Below are positions 9,834 to 19,832 of a stretch of 64,000 nt of DNA, one piece after another (the stretch's first letter is position 1; every line of letters starts with the position of its first letter). The translations under genes were made by a program, and so were the position numbers. This DNA comes from Flammeovirgaceae bacterium. GTDB lineage: Bacteria > Bacteroidota > Bacteroidia > Cytophagales > Flammeovirgaceae. Where the stretch lies: positions 1,324,416-1,388,415 of the forward strand of contig CBDDBK010000002.1 of the NCBI GenBank assembly GCA_965225715.1, given 5' to 3'. Under the pieces are notes generated by a model that saw nothing but the letters and a program-made list of their open reading frames with translations, made no database searches and was not told the DNA's origin.

Positions 9834-10061
9834 ATGACTTTTTTCAAAAGATTAGCCTTTCTCATTTTGTTTATACTTTTATTAGGAAGTTGTGTTGGAC
9901 AGCATAATTCTGCTCCAAATACGGGAAAAAATTTGGATGACGATCGTATTTATGGTATAGGAACAACGCCTCGTCAACTCGAAATGACATACCCAGAAGA
10001 TACAACAGGAGAAGTTGCTACACGAATAAATAAAATTAGAGAAATTCTCTATCCTAAATAG
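9834..10061 (+). CDS. Small secreted lipoprotein, hypothetical
   Basis: Signal peptide with lipobox MTFFKRLAFLILFILLLGSC. Confidence 0.4.
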   Translation: MTFFKRLAFLILFILLLGSCVGQHNSAPNTGKNLDDDRIYGIGTTPRQLEMTYPEDTTGEVATRINKIREILYPK

Positions 10062-10315
10062 TTGTAGCAATGCTGTTATTATCTCAGAAAAATTTATCTC
10101 CATTATCAATGAATTAAAAATTCTAAAAATCCTTTTTTCAAGTAATATAACTATAGAAATTATTTTCTGTTTTAATTTACTAATACCATTCCATAATTAA
10201 TTTTACCTGAATAATAAAAAATGTAATTAATTGATTATCAACTTAAAAATATAAAATACTAAAATTCTATATCAGTAATTTAAAAAAGCTACTATTTTTT
10301 TACATTTAATCTAAA

Positions 10316-10762
10316 ATGGAAAGTATAAGCCCCGAACTGAAGAATTATGTTGGAAGTTTAATCAAAAAAGAGGTCAAAAACTTAATGCCCTCAGACAAAA
10401 ATGGTATTCCAACATCTTTAGATCGTTTTATCATTTTACAGCAAGAAATACTTGTTTTACAACAAGAAACAAAAGCTATAAATGAAAAAATGGATGAAAG
10501 ATTTAAAAGAGTTGATGAACAATTTAAATATCAACGCGAGCTAATAGACCAACGTTTTAAAGCTGTTGACCAACGTTTTAAAGCTGTTGACCAACGTTTT
10601 GAAGATATGAACAAACGTTTTGAAGATATGAACAAACGTTTTGAAGATATGAACAAACGTTTTGAAGATATGAACAAACGCTTTAACGGTATGCAATGGA
10701 TGGTGGGCATTGGCTTTGTAATGACCAACTTATTAATGGTATTTCTTAAAATAATGAGTTAA
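10316..10762 (+). CDS. Tail-anchored coiled-coil protein with tandem heptad repeats
   Basis: 148 aa with 2 x DQRFKAV, 4 x (DQ/NK)RFEDM and a trailing NKRFNGM, then C-terminal TM WMVGIGFVMTNLLMVFL. The architecture recalls DUF1640/Bdr-like repeat proteins. Confidence 0.6.
   Translation: MESISPELKNYVGSLIKKEVKNLMPSDKNGIPTSLDRFIILQQEILVLQQETKAINEKMDERFKRVDEQFKYQRELIDQRFKAVDQRFKAVDQRFEDMNKRFEDMNKRFEDMNKRFEDMNKRFNGMQWMVGIGFVMTNLLMVFLKIMS
10547..10685 (+). repeat. In-frame 21-bp tandem repeats (2 + 4 copies)
   Basis: GACCAACGTTTTAAAGCTGTT x2 followed by GAAGATATGAACAAACGTTTT x4, read directly from the sequence. Confidence 0.9.
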
Positions 10763-10786
10763 GATTAGAATACCCTATAACAAAAT

Positions 10787-12028
10787 ATGAGCTTGAAAGA
10801 TAATGTTTTAAACTCTATAAATACAGAGGACTTAAAACTTAATAAGTATAATTATAGTCTTCCGAGCCAACATATTGCTCATTATCCGCTCAAAGATCGA
10901 GATCAATCAAGGTTATTGGTTTATAAAAATAGAACTATTCGGCATACTTATTTTCATGAACTAAGTAATTTTTTAGAATCAGGAACAACTTTGGTGTTTA
11001 ATGATACTAAAGTCATTCCAGCCCGTTTGTTTTTTACTAAAAATACAGGTAGTAAAATAGAAATTTTACTCTTACAACCTAAATGTAAAAATATAGATCA
11101 AGCTTTTAACAGCCAAAAATCAGCGGATTGGATTTGTTTAATTCGTAATTTAAGGCGTTGGAAAAATGAGATTCTAACAAAAAAATGCCGTATATTAGAT
11201 ATAGATGTTTATTTAAAGGCAGAACTTTTAAATAATATAGATAAAACAGTTCGTTTTACTTGGGAAACAAAACCAGAAACAAATGTTTTATTAAACTTTG
11301 GTCAAATAATTGATTCTGTAGGTATTTTACCTCTTCCACCCTATATAAAACGGGAAGTTGAAAAATCCGATACAATAAATTACCAAACTGTTTACAGCCG
11401 TTCAACAGGTGCTATTGCTGCCCCAACAGCAGGTTTACATTTTACCAAAACTTTATTAAAACGCTTGAAAAATAAGCAATTTAACCTCGAAAACTTAACC
11501 TTGTGGGTAGGCTTAGGTACTTTCAAACCTGTTTTAAATGACAACATTTTAAAACATGATATGCATAAAGAATATTTTAGTATTTCCAGAAAAACTATAG
11601 AAAACTTAGCAAAACAGAATATTATCACAGCTGTTGGTACAACGTCTTTAAGAACTTTAGAAAGTCTATATTGGTTTGCTTTAAGGTCTAATAAAAATTA
11701 TGAAAATATTGATATTAAACAATTTGAACCATATATAAATACTCAAAAACATTTGAGTTATCAAGTTGTTTTTTCCCAGCTAGCTGAAGACATGAAAAAA
11801 GAAAATAGAATTAACTTACAAGGTTATACCTCTATTTTTATTTTCCCGCCTTACCGTTTTCGAGTTTGTAAAGCCCTTATTACCAACTTTCACTTTCCTA
11901 AATCAACACTTTTAATGTTAATAGCCGCTTTTGTAGGTGATAATTGGAAAATGATTTATGATGAAGCATTAGAAAAAAACTACCGCTTTTTAAGCTATGG
12001 AGATAGTTCTTTACTTTTTTTGCATTAA
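10787..12028 (+). CDS. queA: S-adenosylmethionine:tRNA ribosyltransferase-isomerase
   Basis: Conserved QueA blocks YSLPSQHIAHYP, LPLPPYI, AAPTAGLHFT, GTTSLRTLES and FHFPKSTLLMLIAAF. Longer than typical because of an internal insertion. Confidence 0.9.
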   Translation: MSLKDNVLNSINTEDLKLNKYNYSLPSQHIAHYPLKDRDQSRLLVYKNRTIRHTYFHELSNFLESGTTLVFNDTKVIPARLFFTKNTGSKIEILLLQPKCKNIDQAFNSQKSADWICLIRNLRRWKNEILTKKCRILDIDVYLKAELLNNIDKTVRFTWETKPETNVLLNFGQIIDSVGILPLPPYIKREVEKSDTINYQTVYSRSTGAIAAPTAGLHFTKTLLKRLKNKQFNLENLTLWVGLGTFKPVLNDNILKHDMHKEYFSISRKTIENLAKQNIITAVGTTSLRTLESLYWFALRSNKNYENIDIKQFEPYINTQKHLSYQVVFSQLAEDMKKENRINLQGYTSIFIFPPYRFRVCKALITNFHFPKSTLLMLIAAFVGDNWKMIYDEALEKNYRFLSYGDSSLLFLH

Positions 12029-12189
12029 TTCGAAAAAAGTATTTAAGTGATTTAAAAATTTTGATAATGTGGTGTACTGCCATTCAATAGTTGAGTCTGT
12101 AGAAAACTTAAAATATTGCAAATATTTATAAGCCATGTCACTTGAAAAATAGATTTTTTATGTTTACGATTTATTGACATTGAAACTAA

Positions 12190-12419
12190 GAGCGCGTTTA
12201 GTTTTTTATTTTAATTTTGAAAAGAGCGTCAAATTTCACAAGATAGCACTTTTATTTTCACTCTAAATGTAGCTATTGCTTTATGAAAAAGTTAAATTTT
12301 TACATTAGGTTGAGTAAAAATGACGAAAAAACCATCGAATCGGCTTTAGCATTCATTCAAACAGCCTTTATTAACATCCTCTTGAACAGAATAAGGACAA
12401 ATAGAAACTAAACACGCCC
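12190..12419 (+). mobile_element. MITE-like 230-bp internal-deletion derivative of the IS5-like element at 40681-41274
   Basis: The first ~100 bp and last ~100 bp align with the two ends of the 594-bp copy, including the transposase tail ...ESALAFIQTAFINILLNRI. Imperfect terminal inverted repeats GAGCGCGTTTAGTTT / AAACTAAACACGCCC, with TAA on both flanks (12187-12189 and 12420-12422). Confidence 0.65.
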
Positions 12420-12463
12420 TAAAAATTTTACAAAATAAAATAGCAATGCCATAAAAGCAATTT

Positions 12464-13156
12464 TTAGTATAAATCGCTTTTCCATTTTCCACAGAAACAG
12501 GCTTTTTTAAATTTTTTTAAGGTTTTGCTATAAACTTTCGGTTGCAAAAATATTAGGTGAATAATTTGAATAGGTATAGAAATAATGGATGCCATAATAG
12601 TGTATTTATAGTCATCCTCTTTATTATCTTGACTTAAATCTGGAGGTGAAGTAGTGGTTTTAACTGTTGTTCGAAGAACTTCATGAGCATTTTTTACATC
12701 GAAAAGTTTAAAATAAAATGTTTCCCAAGACTCGTCTTTTTCAGGATTATAGGTTTGGTCATAAGGAGATGGCTGAGTTAAAACTATGCCGCGTTCTTGA
12801 AAATCAGGGCTAAAGCCAATAACTAAATAGTAGTCAATATCTGGAAATAAATCACCCATCTTTTTGAAGTCTTCTTGATTGGGTGTAATCTTATTTTCAG
12901 AATTGATAAAATGATTTGCAAGAGTAGAATCGTATCTATCGTAGTCAAGTTTTACAAAATTACAATCTTCCAAACTATTAATAACACTACGGGTTATATA
13001 AGGGTCGAATTCTGCATTGACATTTACACCTTTAACTAATACAGTGGAGGTGTCGCGAATCAAATGCCCGAAAGAAGGAAAAATACTAACTTTACTCGAA
13101 TAACAAGAGGATAAAACGAAAGGAAGGAAAGCCAGCAAGAAGAAAGATATTTTCAT
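12464..13156 (-). CDS. Hypothetical lipoprotein
   Basis: Signal peptide plus lipobox MKISFFLLAFLPFVLSSC. No recognisable catalytic motif. Confidence 0.55.
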   Translation of the reverse strand: MKISFFLLAFLPFVLSSCYSSKVSIFPSFGHLIRDTSTVLVKGVNVNAEFDPYITRSVINSLEDCNFVKLDYDRYDSTLANHFINSENKITPNQEDFKKMGDLFPDIDYYLVIGFSPDFQERGIVLTQPSPYDQTYNPEKDESWETFYFKLFDVKNAHEVLRTTVKTTTSPPDLSQDNKEDDYKYTIMASIISIPIQIIHLIFLQPKVYSKTLKKFKKACFCGKWKSDLY

Positions 13157-13595
13157 GACAATATGTTTTAAGATATTAAAAAAATAGGTAGTCTTGTAGA
13201 AAATATGATATTATGTAAAAATTAACAATCAATAATTTATATCATCATATTTCCTATACTACAACTGCTAAAAATAATAGTTTTTTAAACATGATTTGTA
13301 TATTTAGAATTACTTTTTGGACTTTTAAAAAAATATTTCTAATTAAGTTAAACTGTACTATTCCATCATCGATTTTTTTAATTGAAAGAATAAAACCAAC
13401 TAATTTTAAAATTAAAAATATAATAATATATTTTATTTCATTATCAACAGACTAGAGCCTTCATTCTTTTTCAAGTGGCCTGAATATACTACTATTTCAT
13501 TAATCCTCTCATGAAGCAAAACCGTTATAACTCTTCCGGTGAGCCTCTAAATGTCCAAATGGGAGCTTTAGAAAATTGGACACGTTTGAAGAATA

Positions 13596-15953
13596 ATGAA
13601 ATTGCAGGAAAAACACACCCAGGGCTATTTTAAAATTATTTTTTACACCGCTCATGTAGTGCGTGTGATTGCCCACTACGCCCCTTTAGTTATTCCACCT
13701 TCTTATGCTGTTATTGCTGATCCCAAACCTACTAAAGTTAGTTTCAAAGATTTAGAAACACATTTACTTTATCAAACGAAGCATTTGAGACTGATTATTG
13801 ATAAACAGACATTCACCTTACGTTTTGAAACCATTGATAAACAAATTATCAACGAAGACGACTCAGCTTTTGGCTTGACTTGGACAGGGCAAGAAGCCAC
13901 TGTTTACAAAAAGCTCCAGCCTCAAGAGCGTTTTATAGGTTTAGGAGAAAAGCCGGGCGATCTGAACCGTAAAGGCACCGGACACACCAACTGGAATACC
14001 GATTATTTTGCTTATCCTTTAGAAGCTGATAGTATTTACAGTTCTTTTCCTTTCTATATTGGTATTCATGACAATTTACAATATGGGATATTTTTGGATA
14101 GCAGTTATAAAACTCATTTTAATTTTGGAGCTTCTAATAATCGCTTTTCCAGCTTTAGCACAGAACACGGTCCGCTTGATTATTATTTTATATACGGAAA
14201 AAATACAGAACACATTTTAAAACATTACGGTTACCTAACTGGTACTTGTCCTTTACCGCCTTCTTGGGCTTTGGGTTATCAACAATCCAGATACAGCTAT
14301 TATCCAGATCGAGATGTTTTAACTTTAGCCGAAACATTTAGAAGTAAAAAGATTCCTGCGGATGTTATCTATCTCGACATTCACTATATGGAAGGCTATA
14401 AGCTATTTACATGGGATAAAGAGAACTTTCATGATCCTAAAGCCCTAATCGATAAACTGGCAACTTTGGGTTTTAAATTGGTTGTTATCCTTGATCCCGG
14501 TATTAAAGTTGAAGATAGTTATGATGTTTATCGAGATGGTTTGGAAGCTAATATTTTTATAAAATATCCAGATCAAAGCAACTACACAGCTGGTGTATGG
14601 CCGGGTTGGTGTCATTTTCCTGATTTTACAAATCCAAAAACAAGAGATTGGTGGGCAAAATGGTTGGAAGTTTACACAAAAATTGGAATAAAAGGTTTTT
14701 GGAATGATATGAACGAAATTGCTACTTGGGGGCAGAGACTTCCTGATTTTATTGAATTTAATCATGAAGGTCATAAAGCAACCGCCAAACATATGCGAAA
14801 TGTTTATGGTTTACTGATGTGTAGAAGTACTTTCGAGGGAGCGGAAAAACATCTTCCCAATACGCGTCCATTTTTACTAACTCGGGCTGCTTACCCGGGT
14901 GTACAACGCTATTCGGCTATTTGGACGGGTGATAACGTTTCTTCAGATGACCATATGTTACTGGGTATAAGGCAAATATTGAGTCTTGGGCTTACAGGAG
15001 TCGCTTTTTCAGGATATGACTTTGGCGGTTTTGTTGGAGAAGCTGACGTTCATTTATACGTCCGCTGGTTGACTTTAGCTGTTTTTTCTCCCTTTTTGAG
15101 AAATCACACCATGATCAATACTCGAAGTACAGAGCCTTGGACTTTTGGAGAAGAAGCAGAAGAAATTGCCCGTAATTACATCAATTTTCGATATCAGCTT
15201 TTTCCTTACCTTTACAGTATGTTTTATTTAGCACACAAATGTAATTTGCCTGTTGCTCGATCCTTAGTTCTTGATTATGACGATGACGATGCTATTTATT
15301 CTCCTAAATACCAGAATCAATATTTATTTGGGGCTGCCTTACTTATCATACCCGTTAAAAGTAATGAAAAGATCGCTGATGCCTATTTACCAAATGGCAA
15401 TTGGTATGATCTTTATAATGATACTTTGTTAAAAGGTAATAAAAATCATTTTGTCAAAGCCCCTTTAGAAAGATTACCTGTTTTTGTTAAAGCAGGATCT
15501 ATAATACCCATGCAAGCTGTACAACAAAATCTTAGCCAAAAACCTTCTGACACACTGTATCTACATATTTATAAAGACAATTCGGATACTATTTTTGATT
15601 ATTATGAGGATGATGGAGAAAGTCTTAATTATCAAAAAAAAGAGTACTATAAAAGAAAAGTTTATTATTATGGGAAAATGAATTTTTTGAAGTTTAAAAA
15701 AACTTCTGGGAATTATAAAAGTAAGTTCAAAAAAATTAAGCTCCTATTACACGGCTTCAAGCCTTTAAAAAACATCAACATCAACGGAAAGAATAGTTTA
15801 GTTAAACAAGAAAAACATCAGATTTTTAAACCAATTTCTAATTTTGATCCACTTGGAAAACAAGCCAAAAGTGATAATTTAAACCTCCAAACTATAATAT
15901 TTAGTCTTAAAAATAAGAAAATAGAGATTTGGATAAGATCAATACTTCGGTAA
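13596..15953 (+). CDS. Glycoside hydrolase family 31 alpha-glucosidase
   Basis: GH31 nucleophile block GIKGFWNDMNE, downstream WTGDN block, and the overall 785-aa layout. The 5' end is uncertain (see the frameshift finding). Confidence 0.9.
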   Translation: MKLQEKHTQGYFKIIFYTAHVVRVIAHYAPLVIPPSYAVIADPKPTKVSFKDLETHLLYQTKHLRLIIDKQTFTLRFETIDKQIINEDDSAFGLTWTGQEATVYKKLQPQERFIGLGEKPGDLNRKGTGHTNWNTDYFAYPLEADSIYSSFPFYIGIHDNLQYGIFLDSSYKTHFNFGASNNRFSSFSTEHGPLDYYFIYGKNTEHILKHYGYLTGTCPLPPSWALGYQQSRYSYYPDRDVLTLAETFRSKKIPADVIYLDIHYMEGYKLFTWDKENFHDPKALIDKLATLGFKLVVILDPGIKVEDSYDVYRDGLEANIFIKYPDQSNYTAGVWPGWCHFPDFTNPKTRDWWAKWLEVYTKIGIKGFWNDMNEIATWGQRLPDFIEFNHEGHKATAKHMRNVYGLLMCRSTFEGAEKHLPNTRPFLLTRAAYPGVQRYSAIWTGDNVSSDDHMLLGIRQILSLGLTGVAFSGYDFGGFVGEADVHLYVRWLTLAVFSPFLRNHTMINTRSTEPWTFGEEAEEIARNYINFRYQLFPYLYSMFYLAHKCNLPVARSLVLDYDDDDAIYSPKYQNQYLFGAALLIIPVKSNEKIADAYLPNGNWYDLYNDTLLKGNKNHFVKAPLERLPVFVKAGSIIPMQAVQQNLSQKPSDTLYLHIYKDNSDTIFDYYEDDGESLNYQKKEYYKRKVYYYGKMNFLKFKKTSGNYKSKFKKIKLLLHGFKPLKNININGKNSLVKQEKHQIFKPISNFDPLGKQAKSDNLNLQTIIFSLKNKKIEIWIRSILR

Positions 15954-16000
15954 AAAATCATTTGGATTTAAAATACTATTTTAAAAAGAGATGTATTTTT

Positions 16001-16025
16001 GACAAGGAAAATATACTTCCTTGTC
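16001..16025. terminator. 9-bp hairpin between convergent genes (possible terminator, no U-tract)
   Basis: GACAAGGAA (16001-16009) pairs with TTCCTTGTC (16017-16025). It lies between the GH31 stop (15953) and the rpmA stop (16046). Confidence 0.3.
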
Positions 16026-16045
16026 AAAAAATTATCAGAGAAGAA

Positions 16046-16303
16046 TTATTCTGTAGGAGAAATATGAACAAAAGAGCGTTGTTTATACCCTTTTTTAAAA
16101 GAAACTACGCCATCTTTTAAGGCAAAAAGCGTGTGATCTTTACCAACCCCCACATTTTTACCTGCGTGATGTTTGGTGCCTCTTTGGCGTACAATAATAT
16201 TACCTGCCAAAATTTCTTGACCGCCAAATAATTTTACACCAAGTCGCTTACTATGCGACTCTCTTCCATTTTTAGAACTTCCTACACCTTTTTTATGAGC
16301 CAT
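16046..16303 (-). CDS. rpmA: 50S ribosomal protein L27
   Basis: [24 protein letters not shown]... is the canonical L27 N-terminus. 85 aa. Confidence 0.95.
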   Translation of the reverse strand: MAHKKGVGSSKNGRESHSKRLGVKLFGGQEILAGNIIVRQRGTKHHAGKNVGVGKDHTLFALKDGVVSFKKGYKQRSFVHISPTE

Positions 16304-16419
16304 ATTATTATCTTATAAATGGTGAATACTATTAATTATATTAAATTAGTATATACGTTTTAAAATTATAAAAATCTTGATAACCAACAGATTAAAATAA
16401 TATCTTGAAATTATTAACT

Positions 16420-16740
16420 TTAAGAAATAATAATATCTTGTATTTTGATTTGGGTATATTTTTGACGATGTCCAGTTCTTTTTTGATACCCTTTTCTACG
16501 TTTCTTTTTGAAAATAATAACCTTATCAGCTTTCACTTTTGGAGCAATAACTTTGGCACTCACTTTAACATGACTAAGATAAGGTTCGCCAACTTCAATG
16601 TTTTCTGTATCGTCTTTATAGAGTAAAACATTTTCAAACTCAACTAAATCTTCTGCTTTACTATCTAAGAGCGGAGTAAAAATCTTCTGTTTGGGACTAA
16701 CTTTATATTGCACCCCTTTAATACTCACAATTGCATACAT
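16420..16740 (-). CDS. rplU: 50S ribosomal protein L21
   Basis: MYAIVSIKGVQYKV... is the canonical L21 start. 106 aa, directly upstream of rpmA as in most bacteria. Confidence 0.95.
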   Translation of the reverse strand: MYAIVSIKGVQYKVSPKQKIFTPLLDSKAEDLVEFENVLLYKDDTENIEVGEPYLSHVKVSAKVIAPKVKADKVIIFKKKRRKGYQKRTGHRQKYTQIKIQDIIIS

Positions 16741-16935
16741 AATTTCTTTTACGATAAAATTAATAAAAATTAAAAACTGGGCAAAAATAGTTTTTTTTCT
16801 GGTTTTTATACCGCTTTTATTTATAAAATCTAAATTAGATTTGCTATTTTGCTATATTTAAGCAGAATTTATAAAATTTAATTTAGATTTATTTATATTA
16901 CTTTAGAACTCTTTTAAAATTATAGCCACTAAATT

Positions 16936-18651
16936 ATGATTGCAAAAATAACCTTATTATTGACGTTTATAGGTCTTATTTCTTGTTTTAACATTCAAAC
17001 CGTAGAAGCAGAAACAAAAAATAAGATAGAAAATACACCTTCCAAAATTGATTCCGCTACCCTTTATCTTAACGCTAGCCAAATCAACCGATCTGCTGAA
17101 GTAACTTTAAAAAAAGGAGTTAATGAAGTGTATATCAATAATGTTACCAATAGCATTTTGGATAATAGTCTTCAAATTCAATTACCACTAAAAGTAAAAA
17201 TTATCAGCGTTTTAGTTAAAAAACGGGCTTTTCATATCAACGACTATCCACCTATTAAACAACTTTTCGACTCTATTAATAAGGTAAAAGACGAAATAGA
17301 GCTATTGGAAAATAAAATCTATGTTTTGAAAAAAGAAACAAGTGTGATTCTGAACAATAAAGATGTTATCGCCAAAGAAAATAGTACCATTCAAGATTTA
17401 AAAGATTTAACCGATTTTTACAGTCGTCGATTAAGTGAAATTAAAAAAACAGAATTTGATATAAAAAAAGAAAAACAGGTTAAGGATGCTTTTTTAAAAA
17501 AGTTGAAAGAAAGACATCGGGAAGCTTTAAAGAAATATAGATTAGCAAATAGCCAAATTCAATTGGTGTTAGAGGCAAATGAAAATACCAAAGGAAAACT
17601 TAATTTACAATATTTGGTTAGTAGTGCGGGCTGGTATCCAACTTATACTTTTAAAATAAAAGATATTGACCAAGAAGGTGAACTTGAATATCTTTCAAGT
17701 GTCTACAACAATACGGGCAATGATTGGCAAGATATAAAACTAAATGTTTCTATGGTTAATCCTGTCCAAGATTTGAGTCAGCCTAAACTTTCGTCTTGGT
17801 ATCTTAATTATAGACGAGCTTATGCAAAAGCTAAAAAACAAAATGCCTATCAACAAAGCCAACGTTTAAATCAATCTAAACAGAAACTTAGTATTGCTGA
17901 GAATTTAGAAGCAGAAGAAGGAACAGAATTTGACATTGTGGAAGAATCAGCTTATTTTGAATCTGAAACAAAAACTTTTGATGAAATAGAAGTTGGCAAT
18001 TCGGAAATAACTTTTGATATTCCAAAAACCTATACTATTCCTTCCGACCCAAAAAACTATCATACTATTTATATTCAAAGTGTAGCTATAAAAACGCTTT
18101 ATCGCCATTTGGTTATTCCAAAAGTTAAAGATGGAGCATATTTTATTTTAAGCGTCTTAGATTGGAAAAAATTAGGTTTAATAGATGCTTCTGTAAATTT
18201 ATATTTAAGAGATACTTACTTAGGTGAATCGGAAATTAAAACCCAAACCTTGAAAGATAATCTGGATATATCTTTGGGAAAAGATAATTGGGTAGACGTG
18301 AAGCGGAACAAACTTGTAGAAAAAAGTAGTAAAAAACTGTTGGGTTCTAATGTACAAGAAACACTTAGCTATAAAATAACTGTCAAAAATAATTATAACA
18401 ATGCCATTAATTTGGAAGTTCAAGATCAGATTCCTATTAGTCAGAATAGTGAAATACAGATTAGTAATTACGATTTGGGCGGTGGTCAGTTTAATAAACT
18501 AACAGGTAAAATTACATGGAAACTCAAATTACCCGCTAAAACTCAGAAAACTTTTACCTTTTCATTTGGCATTAAATATCCCAAAAATAAACCCTTAATT
18601 TATAAAACCAATATTCAAAACAACCAACTAAGGGCAAAGTTTCGAAGGTAA
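16936..18651 (+). CDS. DUF4139/DUF4140 (MuiA-like) domain protein, secreted
   Basis: Signal peptide, N-terminal ATLYLNASQINRSAEVTLKKGVNEV, coiled-coil middle and C-terminal beta-rich region. This matches my memory of the DUF4140-DUF4139 architecture. Confidence 0.55.
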   Translation: MIAKITLLLTFIGLISCFNIQTVEAETKNKIENTPSKIDSATLYLNASQINRSAEVTLKKGVNEVYINNVTNSILDNSLQIQLPLKVKIISVLVKKRAFHINDYPPIKQLFDSINKVKDEIELLENKIYVLKKETSVILNNKDVIAKENSTIQDLKDLTDFYSRRLSEIKKTEFDIKKEKQVKDAFLKKLKERHREALKKYRLANSQIQLVLEANENTKGKLNLQYLVSSAGWYPTYTFKIKDIDQEGELEYLSSVYNNTGNDWQDIKLNVSMVNPVQDLSQPKLSSWYLNYRRAYAKAKKQNAYQQSQRLNQSKQKLSIAENLEAEEGTEFDIVEESAYFESETKTFDEIEVGNSEITFDIPKTYTIPSDPKNYHTIYIQSVAIKTLYRHLVIPKVKDGAYFILSVLDWKKLGLIDASVNLYLRDTYLGESEIKTQTLKDNLDISLGKDNWVDVKRNKLVEKSSKKLLGSNVQETLSYKITVKNNYNNAINLEVQDQIPISQNSEIQISNYDLGGGQFNKLTGKITWKLKLPAKTQKTFTFSFGIKYPKNKPLIYKTNIQNNQLRAKFRR

Positions 18652-18724
18652 AAAAAATCTAAGAGTATGTACATACTCTTAGATTAGATAATTTTGTAGA
18701 TACTTAGAAGATTGATATAAAATA

Positions 18725-19378
18725 CTACCTTATTTTTACTTCCGCATTTTTTATTATTCGTTTATGTTCTACTCCGTTAAATCTTGTATGTAATTCAATT
18801 TTCATATCAAAAGTTGTGTTAATAGCTTCTGATAATTTAACTTTAATCCTTTGATGACCATCAAAAGATCTATCTTCGTTAAAGTAGACTTCTATTGATA
18901 TTCTATCATTTAAATTTGAAAAATCTTCAATATAAAAAAGAGAATTAAGATTCGAACCAGCAGAAAGCACTTCTCCTGATCGGATGATTTCTATTTGTTT
19001 ATCTGTAAAAATTTTAATGCCCAAGAGTTCATCAAGAGGTATTGTCACTATTGGACAACCACCATCAGCAAAAGCCGAAGGTATAAGTGAAAAATGAGGT
19101 TTTCTATGAGGCGTTTTAACCAAAAATGCGTTTTCGTCAAAAAATAGATGCCAACTTATTTGATCAAAATTAAAAAGTGAATCTTGAAGCAAAGTATCAT
19201 AAAAAAAGCGATATTCACCATTATTAAAAGATTTTAGGGTATCAGAGGCACTTACATTTAATAAAGCTGCATCTCTGATACTAAAATATTCTTTGATTTC
19301 CTCACAATTTGAACAGCTGTATCCCAAATTAAACATAAGAAAACTAAAAAGTAGGATAATAAAAATTTTTGATTTCAT
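18725..19378 (-). CDS. Hypothetical lipoprotein
   Basis: MKSKIFIILLFSFLMFNLGYSC signal/lipobox. No known motif recognised. Confidence 0.5.
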   Translation of the reverse strand: MKSKIFIILLFSFLMFNLGYSCSNCEEIKEYFSIRDAALLNVSASDTLKSFNNGEYRFFYDTLLQDSLFNFDQISWHLFFDENAFLVKTPHRKPHFSLIPSAFADGGCPIVTIPLDELLGIKIFTDKQIEIIRSGEVLSAGSNLNSLFYIEDFSNLNDRISIEVYFNEDRSFDGHQRIKVKLSEAINTTFDMKIELHTRFNGVEHKRIIKNAEVKIR

Positions 19379-19495
19379 TTTAAGATAATTTTAAAGTTAT
19401 TTTTATACTAAAATGGTAATTAAATTTTATGGTATTCAATAATACTCATTTTTTAATTATTAGTAGAAACCTTTGAATAAGTTATTGGTAATTTT

Positions 19496-19744
19496 TCAAG
19501 TTTTGATTTTATAATTTTTTTTAAAATTTTGAGCTAAAAAAGTTCTATTGCGTTCAGTTAAAATTTTCTTAATCAAATATTTTGTGTTATCGCTCACAAC
19601 TTTTTTGTCTGGCTGAAGTACAAATTGTCCCCCGCAGGATTTGCAAAGGTAGTCTTTCTTTCCTCTACGCTTACCCTTTTTGATATATTGACAGGAACGA
19701 GCAGACTGGAGATTGAGGAATCCAAGTCGTTTTTTAAAATTAGT
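19496..19744 (-). pseudogene. Start-less remnant of an IS1/IS1595-type transposase zinc-ribbon N-terminus
   Basis: Minus-strand frame reads ...SCQYIKKGKRRGKKDYLCKSCGGQFVLQPDKKVVSDNTKYLIKKILTERN... (CxxC ribbon half plus helix-turn-helix-like tail). It has no start codon and is bounded by stops. Confidence 0.3.
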
Positions 19745-19832
19745 TTATCTTTTAGAACAAAAATTTTTATATTACAAAGTAAACTGATTTTAGGTATTTT
19801 ATCAGTTTTATCATTATTTTATAACACTACCC

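Noticed and set aside
10531-10728. 65-aa minus-strand repeat ORF (KRLFISS x4)
   Set aside because: Antisense reading of the 21-bp tandem repeats. The plus-strand gene has a sensible coiled-coil plus TM architecture.
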